This document shows positions 12,601-25,378 of a DNA stretch of 64,000 nucleotides, in pieces. The translations under genes and the position numbers were made by a program. The notes under the pieces are model-generated. The model saw nothing but the letters and a program-made list of their open reading frames with translations. It made no database searches and had not been told where the DNA came from. Numbering within the stretch: the stretch's first letter is position 1; every line of letters starts with the position of its first letter. This stretch comes from Macrostomum hystrix (Eukaryota; Animalia; Platyhelminthes): NCBI GenBank assembly GCA_950097015.1, contig CATNEN010000034.1, positions 5,270,001-5,334,000 on the forward strand, given 5' to 3'.

Positions 12601-15600
12601 AAAATAAGGGGAAGCAGCCTGAAGGATAAGGGGAAGCAGCCTGAAGGATTAGGGGAAGCAGCTTGAAGGATAAGGGCTAGCAGCCTGAAGGATAAGGGGA
12701 AGCAGCCTGAAGGATAAGGGAAGGATAAGGGCTAGCAGCCTGAAGGATAAGGGAAGGATAAGGGCTAGCAACCTGAAGGACAAGGGGAAGCAGCCTGAAG
12801 GATAAGGTAAAGCAGCCTGAAGGACAAGTGGAAACAGCCTGAAGGATAAGGGGAAACAGCCTGAAGGATAAGGGGAAACAGCCTGAAGGATAAGGGGAAA
12901 GAGCCTGAAAGATAAGGGGAAAGAGCCTGAAGGATAAGGGGAAAGAGCTTGAAGGACAAGGGGAAACTGCCTGAAGGGTAAGGGGAAAGAGCCTGAAGGA
13001 TAAGGGGAAAGAGCCTGAAGGACAAGGGGAAACAGCCTGAAGGATAAGGGGAAACAGCCTGAAGGATAAGGGGAAAGAGCCTGAAGGATAAGGGGAAAGA
13101 GCCTGAAGGGTAAGGGGAAACAGCCTGAAGGATAAGGGGAAAGAGCCTGAAGGACAAGGGGAAGCAGCCTGAAGGATAAGGTAAAGCAGCCTGAAGGACA
13201 AGGGGAAACAGCCTGAAGGGTAAGGGGAAACAGCCTGAAGGATAAGGGGAAAGAGCCTGAAGGACAAGGGGAAGCAGACTGAAAGATATCCAACGCCGTG
13301 CGCAAAGTAAGTCCCATGCAAAGTTCGTAATAATGTAATGCACAAAACCTTTGCCCACAGTATGACAAAACAGTCAAGATTCACAATATTCACATAAAGG
13401 CAATTCAGAATGGAACGTGATAAAAAATCATCGATTTATTGTTAATTTCCTTATCAAATTGACCGACTTGTTAAACAGACAAACACCATGCAAGTATTAT
13501 TGTTGTACACTCAAAAACAAAGGCCACACAAGCATTTCATGTCTCAATGTATGAAAAAAAACAAAAAAAACTATTGAAAAAAACAATCAGAAACAAGACC
13601 TAAGATCTTCGCTGGCTGTGAGAACTAACAGTGGACTTTTGTTCTCAGCCTGACCAGATCCGCTATCTACTTCTTCGTATACTACTAATAAGCCGCCAGA
13701 TGCAGCAGTAGTATTAGGTGCAGTAGAATTCAGCTTCAACGGCGGTGGTCGACACGACGGTTTCAGAAAAGTTTTCCTTGAGTTGCCATTGACAAAGGTT
13801 GGGGAACTTTCAAAAAGGGCAGAGTGGGCGGTTAAATAAATACGCACTTAAAATGAAGTCATAAAATTATTAGAGTGAATCACTCTAGAATGACAAACAG
13901 TGAATCACTCTAGAATGACAAACAGTGAATCACTCTATAATGACAAACAGTGAATCACTCTAGAATAACAAACAGTGAATCACTCTAGAATGACAAACAG
14001 TGAATCACTGTAGAATGACAAACAGTGACTCACTCTAGAATGACAAACAGTGACTCACTCTAGAATGACAAACAGTGACTCACTCTAGAATGACAAACAG
14101 TGAATCACTGTAGAATGACAAACAGTGAATCACTCTAGAATGACAAACAGTGAATCACTGTAGAATGACAAACTGTGAATCACTCTAGAATGACAAACAG
14201 TGAATCACTGTAGAATAACAAACAGTGAATCACTCTAGAATGACAAACAGTGAATTACTCTAGAATGACAAACAGTGAATCACTCTAGAATGACAAACAG
14301 TGAATCACTCTAGAATGACAAACAGTGAATCACTGTAGAATGACAAACAGTGAATCACTGTAGAATGACAAACAGTGAATCACTGTAGAATGACAAACAG
14401 TGAATCACTCTAGAATGACAAACAGTGACTCACTCTAGAATGACAAACAGTGAATCACTGTAGAATGACAAACAGTGAATCACTCTAGAATGACAAACAG
14501 TGAATCACTGTAGAATGACAAACTGTGAATCACTCTAGAATGACAAACAGTGAATCACTGTAGAATAACAAACAGTGAATCACTCTAGAATGACAAACAG
14601 TGAATTACTGTAGAATGACAAACAGTGAATCACTGTAGAATGACAAACAGTGACTCACTCTAGAATGACAAACAGTGAATCACTCTAGAATAACAAACAG
14701 TGAATCACTCTAGAATGACAAACAGTGAATCACTGTAGAATGACAAACAGTGACTCACTCTAGAATGACAAACAGTGACTCACTCTAGAATGACAAACAG
14801 TGACTCACTCTAGAATGACAAACAGTGAATCACTCTAGAATGACAAACAGTGAATCACTCTAGAATGACAAACAGTGAATCACTGTAGAATGACAAACAG
14901 TGAATCACTCTAGAATGACAAACAGTGAATCACTGTAGAATGACAAACAGTGAATCACTCTAGAATGACAAACAGTGAATCACTGTAGAATGACAAACAG
15001 TGAATCACTCTAGAATGACAAACAGTGAATCACTGTAGAATGACAAACAGTGAATCACTCTAGAATGACAAACAGTGAATTACTGTAGAATGACAAACAG
15101 TGAATCACTGTAGAATGACAAACAGTGACTCACTCTAGAATGACAAACAGTGAATCACTCTAGAATAACAAACAGTGAATCACTCTAGAATGACAAACAG
15201 TGAATCACTGTAGAATGACAAACAGTGACTCACTCTAGAATGACAAACAGTGACTCACTCTAGAATGACAAACAGTGAATCACTGTAGAATGACAAACAG
15301 TGAATCACTCTAGAATGACAAACAGTGAATCACTGTAGAATGACAAACTGTGAATCACTCTAGAATGACAAACAGTGAATCACTGTAGAATAACAAACAG
15401 TGAATCACTCTAGAATGACAAACAGTGAATTACTGTAGAATGACAAACAGTGAATCACTGTAGAATGACAAACAGTGAATCACTCTAGAATGACAAACAG
15501 TGAATCACTGTAGAATGACAAACTGTGAATCACTCTAGAATGACAAACAGTGAATCACTGTAGAATAACAAACAGTGAATCACTCTAGAATGACAAACAG

Positions 15601-18600
15601 TGAATTACTGTAGAATGACAAACAGTGAATCACTCTAGAATGACAAACAGTGAATTACTGTAGAATGACAAACAGTGAATCACTCTAGGGTGGCTCACAG
15701 CAATAAAACCATACTATAAAATCAATAAAATAACCGAGTAATTTAAATTTACTAAACAAGATCATTTAAACTTACTCATGAGCCTTAGCTAGGGCCCTGG
15801 CCACTCGTTCAAGCCTCACTGATCTTGGCGTGGTCGGAGGTGATTCTGCTAGCTGCTGCTGCTGCTGGGGCAGAGTAGATGATGGGCGACCCTAAATTTT
15901 AGAAATCCGGGAAGGATAATTAAGGAGATGGAGTTTTAATAGAAGATTGTCTGGAAAGACAAAGTTTCGAGTTTCGAAACCTAAATCAGTCGCAAAGGAA
16001 AGGCTTACGCACAATATTAGGTGAATACTACTAAGAGATTATGTATAAACAACGTACAGGAAACAGTTTAAATATATCAACTAGTTTATCATAAACTAAA
16101 CAATATTTTATCAATAAAATTCTAAATTTTAATTGTTTACGAGCGTAGAATAGAAAATAGACAGAAATAACAAAATTTTACCATTTCGTGGACTAAAGCA
16201 CTAAGGCTTTGAAAGTTAGTTTATCATAAAGAGTGGAACATATTGATCCTTAGATGGTGGAATTTTACAAAAATTCAAGGTATGGCATCAGAATAAGAAG
16301 ACAAGTATAGAGGGCATGCTATCAATTGCTGACAGGAATAAAAAATAAACTATTTAGCTACAGAAATGAAAGAAAAACTAAAACAACATTAAATAGTAAA
16401 AATATATACTTTTTAGGAACAAAAATATTTTTTCGCGTCACATAATCTTTAGTGTCTACTAGTGAGTAGACGATCTCTACTTTATCCTAAATTTTATAAT
16501 ATTGGTTTTTGCATGCTAGGTGAGACTTTTTTCATGCAATCTGAGACTGAATGGCAAAATCACTATTGTCTATGGCCACCACTCGCTGCAGCCCAGCTTT
16601 TTGGGCGCGCCTTGCAAGCAAAGTAAGAAATTTTTTAAAGCTGAGTGAGAACCATATTGAAAACAAAGACTGGGCTATGGCAAATCAACTGCGTTTAACA
16701 AGCAACGAGGATAGAGAGCCCCTGGTCAATGTCATCGAAGATGGTTACTCAATTTCGACTGCGTCCAAAATCCTTAATCTGAACAAGAAGACGGCCTATC
16801 GGATATGGAGTCGCTACGCAGCTACTGGTCAGATCCATGCTTTGCAACGCGGTGACCGCAAGCCGGGGTCAACAAAATTGGATGCTGAAATGCGGAATGC
16901 CGTTGAGCAGATAGTTGAGCGAAATCCCTATGTTACTCTGACGGATGTGCAGAGAAAACTGACTTTGGAGTTGCTACAAAAGCCGGCTATCTCTGAATCC
17001 ACCATTGCTAGAGCGATGAACTCCATGCTTATCTCACTGAAAGTCGCCACCAAGGATGCCGACGTGAGGCTTGCTGCGAATACCCAGGATGTGATACAAG
17101 CGAGGCGTGACTATGCTATGATGATGACGGGACTGCCTGTGAATGACCTGGCTGTGTTTATCGATGAGACTGGCTACAACCTATGGACGAGAAGGACGCA
17201 GGGTCGAGCAAGAGTTGGCCAGCCTGTGCGACGAACGGTGGTAACGCAGAGGGGTCCCAACATGACGATGTGCTTGGCAGTGTCATCTGACCTGGGTCTT
17301 GTCCACTGTACGCTGCAGCGAGGTGGTCAGACACGAGAGAGATTTCATCAGTTTATTTTGGAACTAGCTAACATCATACAGGCCGATGCTCCTGGCAGAC
17401 GAGTTATTCTCATTTTCGTTGGTCCAAATTTTCACTAAGTGATTGAGATACCTGAGGAGTTTGAGGATCTCATTCGTCTGCAAATTTTACCGGCGTACTC
17501 GCCGTTTTTGAATCCCGTGGAGATGGCGCACAGCGCTCTTAAGAGTGAGATCAAGCGTCGCCTTGTAGAGCCCGCAATCGTGGCTGAGGAAAACGTTTGC
17601 CCACCAGGCATGACACGAGATGATTGACGATACATGCTGACGGATCGGCTTGGAAGAGAATCGCTGCATGTCATTACTCCGCACAAGATCGCAGGCTGGG
17701 AGCTCCACTGCACTCGAAAGTTTGCTCAGTGTATCAACATGCAACCCTTTATTTGAACGCTTATAACATTATCAACAATTTTTGCACCGCTTGTTTTGTT
17801 GTGTTCCTGCGTATCCTTTTCCAAATTCCATATCGTTTCCGACAGTACATCATTTTGTAATTTCGTAAAACCACCCCTTTGTTTTAAATATGGTTCTCAC
17901 TTGGCGTTCAAAAATTTCTCACTTTGCTTGCAAGGCGCGCCCAAAAAGCTGGGCTGCTGCGAGGGGTGGCCATAGACAATAGTGTTTTTGCTATTCAGTC
18001 TCAGATTGCTTGAAAAAAGTCTCACTTAGCATGCAAAAACCAATACTAAATACATATTCTTTCTAGTTCCATATTGTACCTGCCAGTGACTGAGAAATAG
18101 CGATTCTCCAGCCAGATGCGGTGTAGATGTTGACAACAGATGCTGTTTAGGCCGATGCCAGCTAGCATGGCGCGGCATCAAGCGCTAACGAGGGGATCAA
18201 CGAAGTTTTCATTACGTCACACCCAAAATGACAGCGAACGAACAATTTGAGTGCGAGTATTGATCCAAAATTGTTTAAGAAATAGAACTAAAAAATAAGA
18301 TTGACAAAGCTAGAATCAAAGTTAAATCTGCAGCTAAACTTAAGTTTAATTGGGTGATTTTAATAATAAGGAAATAGATTATAGATTTTTTTACAATTTA
18401 GTGAAAAAAAAGTAATAACAGCAAGCGGGTTACTTCACATTTAATGAGAAGGATGTAAAAGACGCATTCAAAAAGGATGTGAATGACTCATTTGATGAGA
18501 AGGATGAGGATGACTCATTCAAAAACAAGGATGTAGATGACTCATTAAAAAAGAATGTGAGTGACTCACTCGATGAGAAGGATATGATTGACTCATTCGT

Positions 18601-19352
18601 TAAGAAGGATGGGGATGATTCACTCGATAAGAAGGATGGGGATGACTCATTTGATTAGAAGGATAAGAATGACTCATTTAAAAATTATGTGAATTGCATA
18701 TTTTTAAAATGGATTTTGATAACTCAATCTATGACTCATACTCACCGAGTAGCCGGCCGGTGTGCTACGACCGCTGGTTGGGGGACTGCCACCTAACTGT
18801 TGCTGCTGCTGATACCGATGCTGTTGCCATGCCGACGGAGCCACAACTAGATTAGAGGCGCTGCCAACGCGGGATTGTAATTCTTCGGCTCGTTGCTCAG
18901 CTGAGTCCTTCTCTTCTTGGATGAGTCGAATCTCGTTATTGATGGCATCTAGCTGCTGTTGAATAACTAGAGCCAGTGATTGCGCCTCCGAGTGCGGCGG
19001 CGGCTGCTGCTGCTGCTGAGGCTGCGGTGTTGGCCGCGGCGGAGCCGGATGCACCGGATCGAATGCCTGAAGGTGTAAATTCAAGCAATTAAAAGCTTGT
19101 CTGCGAAGAAAAACGGAATAAAACATTGATAAATAGCCACTAATAGGAAGGACAACAAAAAGAGGGCAGACAAGTGCATTCTCGGTTAGTAACAGGTGAA
19201 TAATAGCGCAATGTGCTAGTCAGGTAGCGTCAACTACAAACAATGGACGCATTTCAAGAGCTCCATAACATTAAAGAAAGCATTCAATGTGAGTCTGAAT
19301 GTGAGTTTAGAACGATGGACAGCTGAATGTATAAGCTCTCTTTTTTCCTGCC

Positions 19353-19404
<52 letters not shown>

Positions 19405-22400
19405 GGTCTGAAATTGTGTCTGCCTATCGGTCTGTCTGTTTTGTCAGTCTGTCTCTCTGCCTGTCGGTCTGTCTGTCGGTCTGAAATTGTCTCTGCCTAT
19501 CGGTCTGTCTGTTTTGTCAGTCTGTCTCTCAGCCTGTCTGTCTGTCTGTCGGTCTGTAATTGTGTCTGCCTGTCGGTCTGTCTGTTTTGTCTGTCTCTCT
19601 GTTTTGTCTGTCTGTCTCACAGCCTGTCTGTCTGTCTGTCAGTCCATCCGTCAGTCCAGAAAATTAGCAAGTGTTTTGAAATACCAGCATAAAAAGAGTA
19701 CAAGTGGAAAGACAACAATAAAAGTAACAAAAACAAAACACTAAAGTAGCAGCAGCGGCTGCAGCAGTACAGGCACACACACCCAATCATCATCAATGGA
19801 GTCTGAGTAGACCAAATGATTAGCATAGTCCATTGCGCTGCAGTTAGCGCCGTTGCTAAGTCCACCATAGCCATTAATCATTGATGGATGCGGTGGCGGG
19901 GTTGGCTGCTGATGCATTGAGTATGCGGATGATGCAGCAGCGGCAGCAGCAGCTTGAGCAGCGGCTGCATATTCCTGTTCTCGAGCCTGACATACAGTTA
20001 TATCGGCGAATATAGATAAGAAAAATTCGAGCTTTAGTAGCGCAATTAACACCCGCAACTGTCAAAATTATCATCCTAACTCACCTGTTGCACCTTCTGC
20101 AGCACCCGGCGCTGCTCCTGTTCGTCAGCTAGACGGTCGGCCAAGTCGGCCGCCTCCTCGGCTGCCGAAGCCGCAGCGGCTTCAGCTTCGGCGGCGGACT
20201 CTCGCAGCTGTTGAACCTCGGCTACTAACCTGGCATTCTCGGCTGCCAGGCGTCCGCGCTCGGCTTCGGCCGATTCCAGTTCGCGTCTGGCGGCTTCCAG
20301 GTCGGCAACAATGCGGCCGCGCTCGTCCAGGGCGGCCATTCGCTCCTCCAGATGCTGCTGCAGTCGGGCATTGCTTTCCGTTAGCAGCTGGTCGACTGTG
20401 GCGGATAGCCGGCCTTCGTGCTCGTCGTGCAGCCGCTCGCGTTCACGAAAGCGCGCCAATTCGGCGCAAGCTTCGGCTAGTTCGGCGCGCGCCTCAACCA
20501 GCTCGACAGCGCCGTCTTCGGCGGTCTGCTCGCGAGCTAACCGGAGTCGGGCCTCGGCGGAGCGAAGGGCGCTCTCTCGCGCAGCGGCCTGCTCTTCCAG
20601 ACGATCGCAGCGCTCCTGAGCGGTCTCGGCTTCGCGTCTGGACATTAGCGAGTTCCGATTTTCTTGTTTACTAATCATATTTTCATTCGCTTTTGAAGCA
20701 TAAATGCGTACTGCACTACTGCACAGTAGTCTACAATACTGCAAATAAGCAGGTGTGAAATTTGCTAACTGAAGGGGAAAATTTGCAATATTACTCTCGT
20801 CGTAAACTTATAAAGGATAATAGGCAGAACGAAACTACCAGAGATTATATAATTATATAAAGGCAAAGCCTCGCATAAACTAATCCTCACCTGGCTGCCA
20901 AGCACTTCTGCTCCTGAGCAGCGGCGCGCTCCTCCGCCTCTCGTCTGGTCGCCTCCAAATCCGCCGCCTCGCGTTGCAATCGTTCGGCGCGTTGATTGGC
21001 TCGCGTCGCCTCGCCCTGCGCCAGCTGGAGAGCTTCGTCGGCTTCGCGCAGTCGCCTCGCTGACTCGGCCGATGCAGCAGCAGCTGCCGCAGTCGCCTGC
21101 TGTTGCTGATCAACAGTCTGACGCCTGCTGCCGCTGTCATCCGCGTGTACCGCCCTGAGCCTAATCAGATCCTGATTGGCAAGGGCCAGCTCATTCTCAG
21201 CCCGGTTAGCTCGGTCCAAAGCTACGCGCAACTTCTCCTTGACCTGCAAAGTCATGGATTTAAACTTTTTTGCAACTAAGAGATTTGTAACTACAACTAA
21301 CCCGGTTGTGTTCAGTACACATGAACTGAAGCCAGTACCAATTCTACAGCTGTACAAACTGAAGCTAGTACCAATTCTACAGCTGGATGAACTGAATCTA
21401 GTACCAACTCTACAGCTGAATGAACTAAAGCCAGTACCAAATCTACAGCTGAATGAACTGAAACCAGTACCAATTATACAGCTGGATGAACTGAAGCTAT
21501 TACCAATTCTACAGCTGGATGAACTGAAGCTAGTACCAACTCTACAGCTGAATGAACTAAAGCCAGTACCAATTCTACAGCTGTACAAACTGAAACCAGT
21601 ACCAATTCTACAGCTGTACAAACTGAAGCTAGTACCAATTCTACAGCTGGATGAACTGAATCTAGTACCAATTCTACAGCTGGATGAACTGAATCTAGTA
21701 CCAACTCTACAGCTGAATGAACTGAAGCCAGTACCAATTCTACAGCTGTACAAACTGAAGCCAGTACCAATTCTACAGCTGGATGAACTGAATCTAGTAC
21801 CAATTCTACAGCTGGATGAACTGAATCTAGTACCAATTCTACAGCTGGATGAACTGAATCTAGTACCAATTCTACAGCTGTACAAACTGAAGCCAGTACC
21901 AATTCTACAGCTGTAAAAACTGAAGCTATTACCAATTATACGGCTGGATGAACTGAAGCTAGTGCTAATTATACAGCTGTACAAACTGAAGCTATTACCA
22001 ATTATACAGCTGTACAAACTGAAGCTAGTACCAATTATACAGCTGTACAAACTGAAGCTAGTACCAATTCTACAGCTGAACAAACTGAAGCTAGTACCAA
22101 TTCTACAGCTGAACAAACTGAAGCTATTACCAATTATACAGCTGGATGAACTGAAGCTATTACCAATTATACGGCTGGATGAACTGAAGCTAGTGCTAAT
22201 TATACAGCTGTACAAACTGAAGCTAGTACCAATTATACAGCTGTACAAACTGAAGCTAGTACCAATTATACAGCTGTAAAAACTGAAGCTATTACCAATT
22301 CTACAGCTGTACAAACTGAAGCTATTACCAATTATACAGCTGGATGAACTGAAGCTATTACCAATTATACGGCTGGATGAACTGAAGCTATTACCAATTA

Positions 22401-25378
22401 TACGGCTGGATGAACTGAAGCTAGTGCTAATTATACAGCTGTACAAACTGAAGCTAGTACCAATTCTACAGCTGAACAAACTGAAGCTATTACCAATTAT
22501 ACAGCTGGATGAACTGAAGCTATTACCAATTATACGGCTGGATGAACTGAAGCTAGTGCTAATTATACAGCTGTACAAACTGAAGCTAGTACCAATTCTA
22601 CAGCTGAACAAACTGAAGCTATTACCAATTATACAGCTGGATGAACTGAAGCTAGTACCAATTATACAGCTGTACAAACTGAAGCTAGTACCAATTATAC
22701 AGCTGTAAAAACTGAAGCTATTACCAATTCTACAGCTGTACAAACTGAAGCTATTACCAATTATACAGCTGGATGAACTGAAGCTATTACCAATTATACG
22801 GCTGGATGAACTGAAGCTATTACCAATTATACGGCTGGATGAACTGAAGCTAGTGCTAATTATACAGCTGTACAAACTGAAGCTAGTACCAATTCTACAG
22901 CTGAACAAACTGAAGCTATTACCAATTATACAGCTGGATGAACTGAAGCTAGTGCTAATTATACAGCTGTACAAACTGAAGCTAGTACCAATTATACAGC
23001 TGTACAAACTGAAGCTAGTACCAATTCTACAGCTGAACAAACTGAAGCTAGTACCAATTCTACAGCTGTACAAACTGAAGCTAGTACCAATTCTACAGCT
23101 GAACAAACTGAAGCTAGTACCAATTCTACAGCTGTAAAAACTGAAGCTATTACCAATTATACAGCTGGATGAACTGAAGCTATTACCAATTATACAGCTG
23201 TACAAACTGAAGCTAGTACCAATTCTACAGCTGAACAAACTGAAGCTAGCACCAATTCTACAGCTGAACAAACTGAAGCTAGTACCAATTCTACAGCTGA
23301 ACAAACTGAAGCTAGTACCAATTCTACAGCTGAACAAACTGAAGCTAGTACCAATTCTACAGCTGAACAAACTGAAGCTAGCACCAATTCTACAGCTACA
23401 ATAGTTTTAATTACATGCAAAAATATGAGACCTTATAATGAGAATCATTCTTGTCATAAAAATCATACCCTGGTATACAAAATTTAGTTATCACGCCTAG
23501 AGTTAGACAGTTTTCAGCTCACCTTCTCATCCAACGCCTTATGGTGCTCAAACAGGCTCTTGAGCGCTTTTAACACTTCCACCTCTGAGCTGACACCAGC
23601 AGGCGAGGCCGTCTGACGTTTTACAACTGTCATTCGAAGCGATCTCTCGTGCCTAGCAACCAGCGTCTCTAGGTGCTCTAGCAGCAGCCGGGTGTTGCTG
23701 CGTTCGGCCTTCAACTCGGCGACCTCTTCGTCGCGCTCTTGAAGCTGTTCGCGCAGCTGCGTTACCTCCTTGGCCAAACCAACAGCGTCCTGGACGAACG
23801 GGTGTGAACAATGGGTAAAGAAATAAGCGCAGTTTAACTCGAGAACAGTTTAAATGCTCCGTTTTGAGTACAGACGAGTTTTGTATCTAAAAAAGGCTTG
23901 GGTATTATGTACTTATAGGTTTAAATAGGTTAGGGAACTAATAAGCTGCAGCTTGAGTACAAGTTATCGCCATCAACATTGGTTTGAGTACAGATGATCT
24001 ATTTCTACGTAGGTTTGAGTACAGATGACCTATTTCTACGTAGTTTTGAGTACAGATAATCTATTTCTAAGTAGTTTTGAGCACAGATGATCTATTTATA
24101 CATAGTTTTGAGTACAGATGACCTATTTCTACATAGGTTTGAGTAAACATGGTCTATTTCTACGTAGTTTTGAGTACAGATTATCAACAGCAACAGGCAT
24201 GTATATAGATTATCTATTTTAACAAGGTGTGCTCACATTCACTTGACGTTAGTCTTAAATATTTTATTCTTTCAAATTGCAAAAAGCTAGGTGAAAAGTT
24301 ATAAAAAGCAAAAGTGGACAGCTGACTGAATAATTGAGCAAAAGTGAACCGTTTCCTAATTGCTTAGTCAAATACGCATTCCGCTTGCATTGCCAACCAG
24401 TGTTCTGTCAAGTGCAAAAACTGAGACAAAACACGAAAACCCATTTACAGAGGCAAGGAAGTGATTAATTAAGGACCTAGAGCTACGAAATACAGGAAAA
24501 TGCTTACGAATTTTCTTCATAGTGAAGAAAGAGAAACAGGCAAACGGCCACGACTTCTTATAACCTCATACATATATAGTATATTATAACAGTTATTAAT
24601 AAGAATGACTAAATTTGACAGTCATTGACATGTCATTATATAAAATGAAACTATGAAATAATATTAAAATACTATTTGAAGGAGAGCTGTGGGGCAATGG
24701 CACATCATCTGGTGACACTAGACCCGCAGCCAGCGAGAGGCGAGTGCGACACGCGAACACAGATACTGTACGCATTTTGTAAGGCCTTTGACTTTCTCAT
24801 CGTCAGACAGTGCACAATCTCACTGTGATTTGCAGTCTGGCCCTCAAGAGGGTGGCCTCCCCGCGAAATCGAGCTCACCAAATTAAATGCCGCTATGGTA
24901 TCCTTGAGACCATAGACTAAAGCTGAAATACTCTGGCAGCCAGATCTTGGATTAAATTAAATGTATAATATCTCTCATTGACATATAACCAAGTGTGCGT
25001 AAACGTCTCAAGCTCAATCTCACCTTAGGCAGCCCAGCTTCCAGGTGTCTCACACATCAATCTCACCTTAGGCAGCCCAGCTTCCAGGTGTCTCATCATG
25101 CGGTCCCGCTCCATCCGAGCCGTCTCAGCGGAGCGCCGTTCCTCGGCTAGTTTGTCCTGGCATTCGCGCAGCGAGTCAACAAGCCGGTCACGCTCGTCCA
25201 GCAGGTTGACCATCAGCTGCTCCGCCGCAGCCGCCGAACCGCCGCCGTCGTAGCCGCCGTTAGAGTCGCCGGCGCCGCTATAGTAGCCGCCGCCATTGAA
25301 GTCGAGCTGCCAGCTGTTGTCAACCCCGCCACCACCGCCGCTGCCGTCCTCCGGTATGCTCGGCAAGGCGTCGCACAT
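9678..25378 (-). CDS. PPFIA: Liprin-alpha (PPFIA/SYD-2), about 1146 aa (1205 aa with candidate cassette exon)
   Basis: Exons: 25378-25067, 23789-23523, 21243-20891, 20637-20085, 19986-19783, 19066-18746, 15891-15776, [13806-13630], 12250-11964, 11315-11216, 11105-10552, 10051-9678, all GT-AG and phase-consistent. Hallmarks: [12 protein letters not shown]-terminus, [73 protein letters not shown], and three SAM domains ([34 protein letters not shown]; [15 protein letters not shown]; [14 protein letters not shown]). Confidence 0.95.
10190..10484 (-). mobile_element. tRNA-derived SINE family A copy in last liprin intron
   Basis: Aligns by eye with six other copies; head TGGCAGTGCAGTC...GAGTTCGATTCC (A/B boxes); 3' end truncated. 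Confidence 0.85.
11384..11905. repeat. 34-bp intronic minisatellite, about 15 copies (TTTGTACTTTTATGAATCATGGGGATATGAGAGG)
   Basis: Direct repetition, period 34. Confidence 0.95.
12415..13285. repeat. 22-bp intronic minisatellite, about 40 copies (GCAGCCTGAAGGATAAGGGGAA)
   Basis: Direct repetition; source of the [10 protein letters not shown] ORFs. Confidence 0.95.
13876..15688. repeat. 25-bp intronic minisatellite, about 72 copies (AACAGTGAATCACTCTAGAATGACA)
   Basis: Direct repetition, period 25; each unit holds the palindrome AGTGA(A/C)TCACT. Confidence 0.97.
16502..18043 (+). mobile_element. IS630/Tc1-mariner superfamily DNA transposon, 1542 bp, 167-bp TIRs, TA TSD
   Basis: Left TIR 16502-16668 and right TIR 17877-18043 are reverse complements with about 12 mismatches; TA at 16500-01 and 18044-45; encloses a DDE transposase. 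Confidence 0.93.
16677..17756 (+). pseudogene. Inactivated DDE transposase (about 359 aa)
   Basis: N-terminal HTH-like region ([21 protein letters not shown]), [18 protein letters not shown]. In-frame stops at 17436-38 and 17625-27; the expected second Asp reads Val (GTT); no frameshift. Confidence 0.9.
18440..18690. repeat. Degenerate 24/27-bp repeat (AAGGATGTGAATGACTCATTTGATGAG-like), about 9 units
   Basis: Recurrent AAGGAT...GACTCATT motif. Confidence 0.75.
19345..19650. repeat. (TGTC)n microsatellite grading into a larger degenerate unit
   Basis: Pure tgtc run at 19350-19405 followed by repeated gtctgtcggtctgaaattgt blocks. Confidence 0.85.
21320..23397. repeat. 33-bp intronic minisatellite, about 63 copies (ACTGAAGCTAGTACCAATTCTACAGCTGTACAA)
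   Basis: Period 33; creates the 827-aa ORF fused to liprin exon 3. Confidence 0.97.
23980..24185. repeat. 31-bp tandem repeat, about 6-7 copies (TTTGAGTACAGATGATCTATTTCTACGTAG-like)
   Basis: Direct repetition, period 31. Confidence 0.85.
24690..24890 (-). mobile_element. Degraded, internally deleted SINE family A copy
   Basis: Contains gactttctcatcgtcag and gacactagacccgcagccagcgag blocks shared with the other copies. Confidence 0.7.

Noticed and set aside
12649-13393. 197-242 aa minus-strand ORFs
   Set aside because: All three frames are translations of the 22-bp array.
7010-15688. Regular repeat arrays as possible CRISPR arrays
   Set aside because: Units are head-to-tail with no unique spacers, there are no cas genes, and the context is eukaryotic and intronic.
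16551-16676. Upstream start of the transposase ORF (MAKSLLSM...)
   Set aside because: Lies within the left TIR; ATG 16677 just inside the TIR is the plausible start.
17757-17877. Possible Fanzor/TnpB cargo in the IS630-like element
   Set aside because: Only about 120 bp separate the transposase stop from the right TIR; no RuvC-like ORF.
20887-23370. 827-aa ORF as a stand-alone protein
   Set aside because: It is liprin-alpha exon 3 plus an intronic 33-bp array; a good acceptor exists at 21243.
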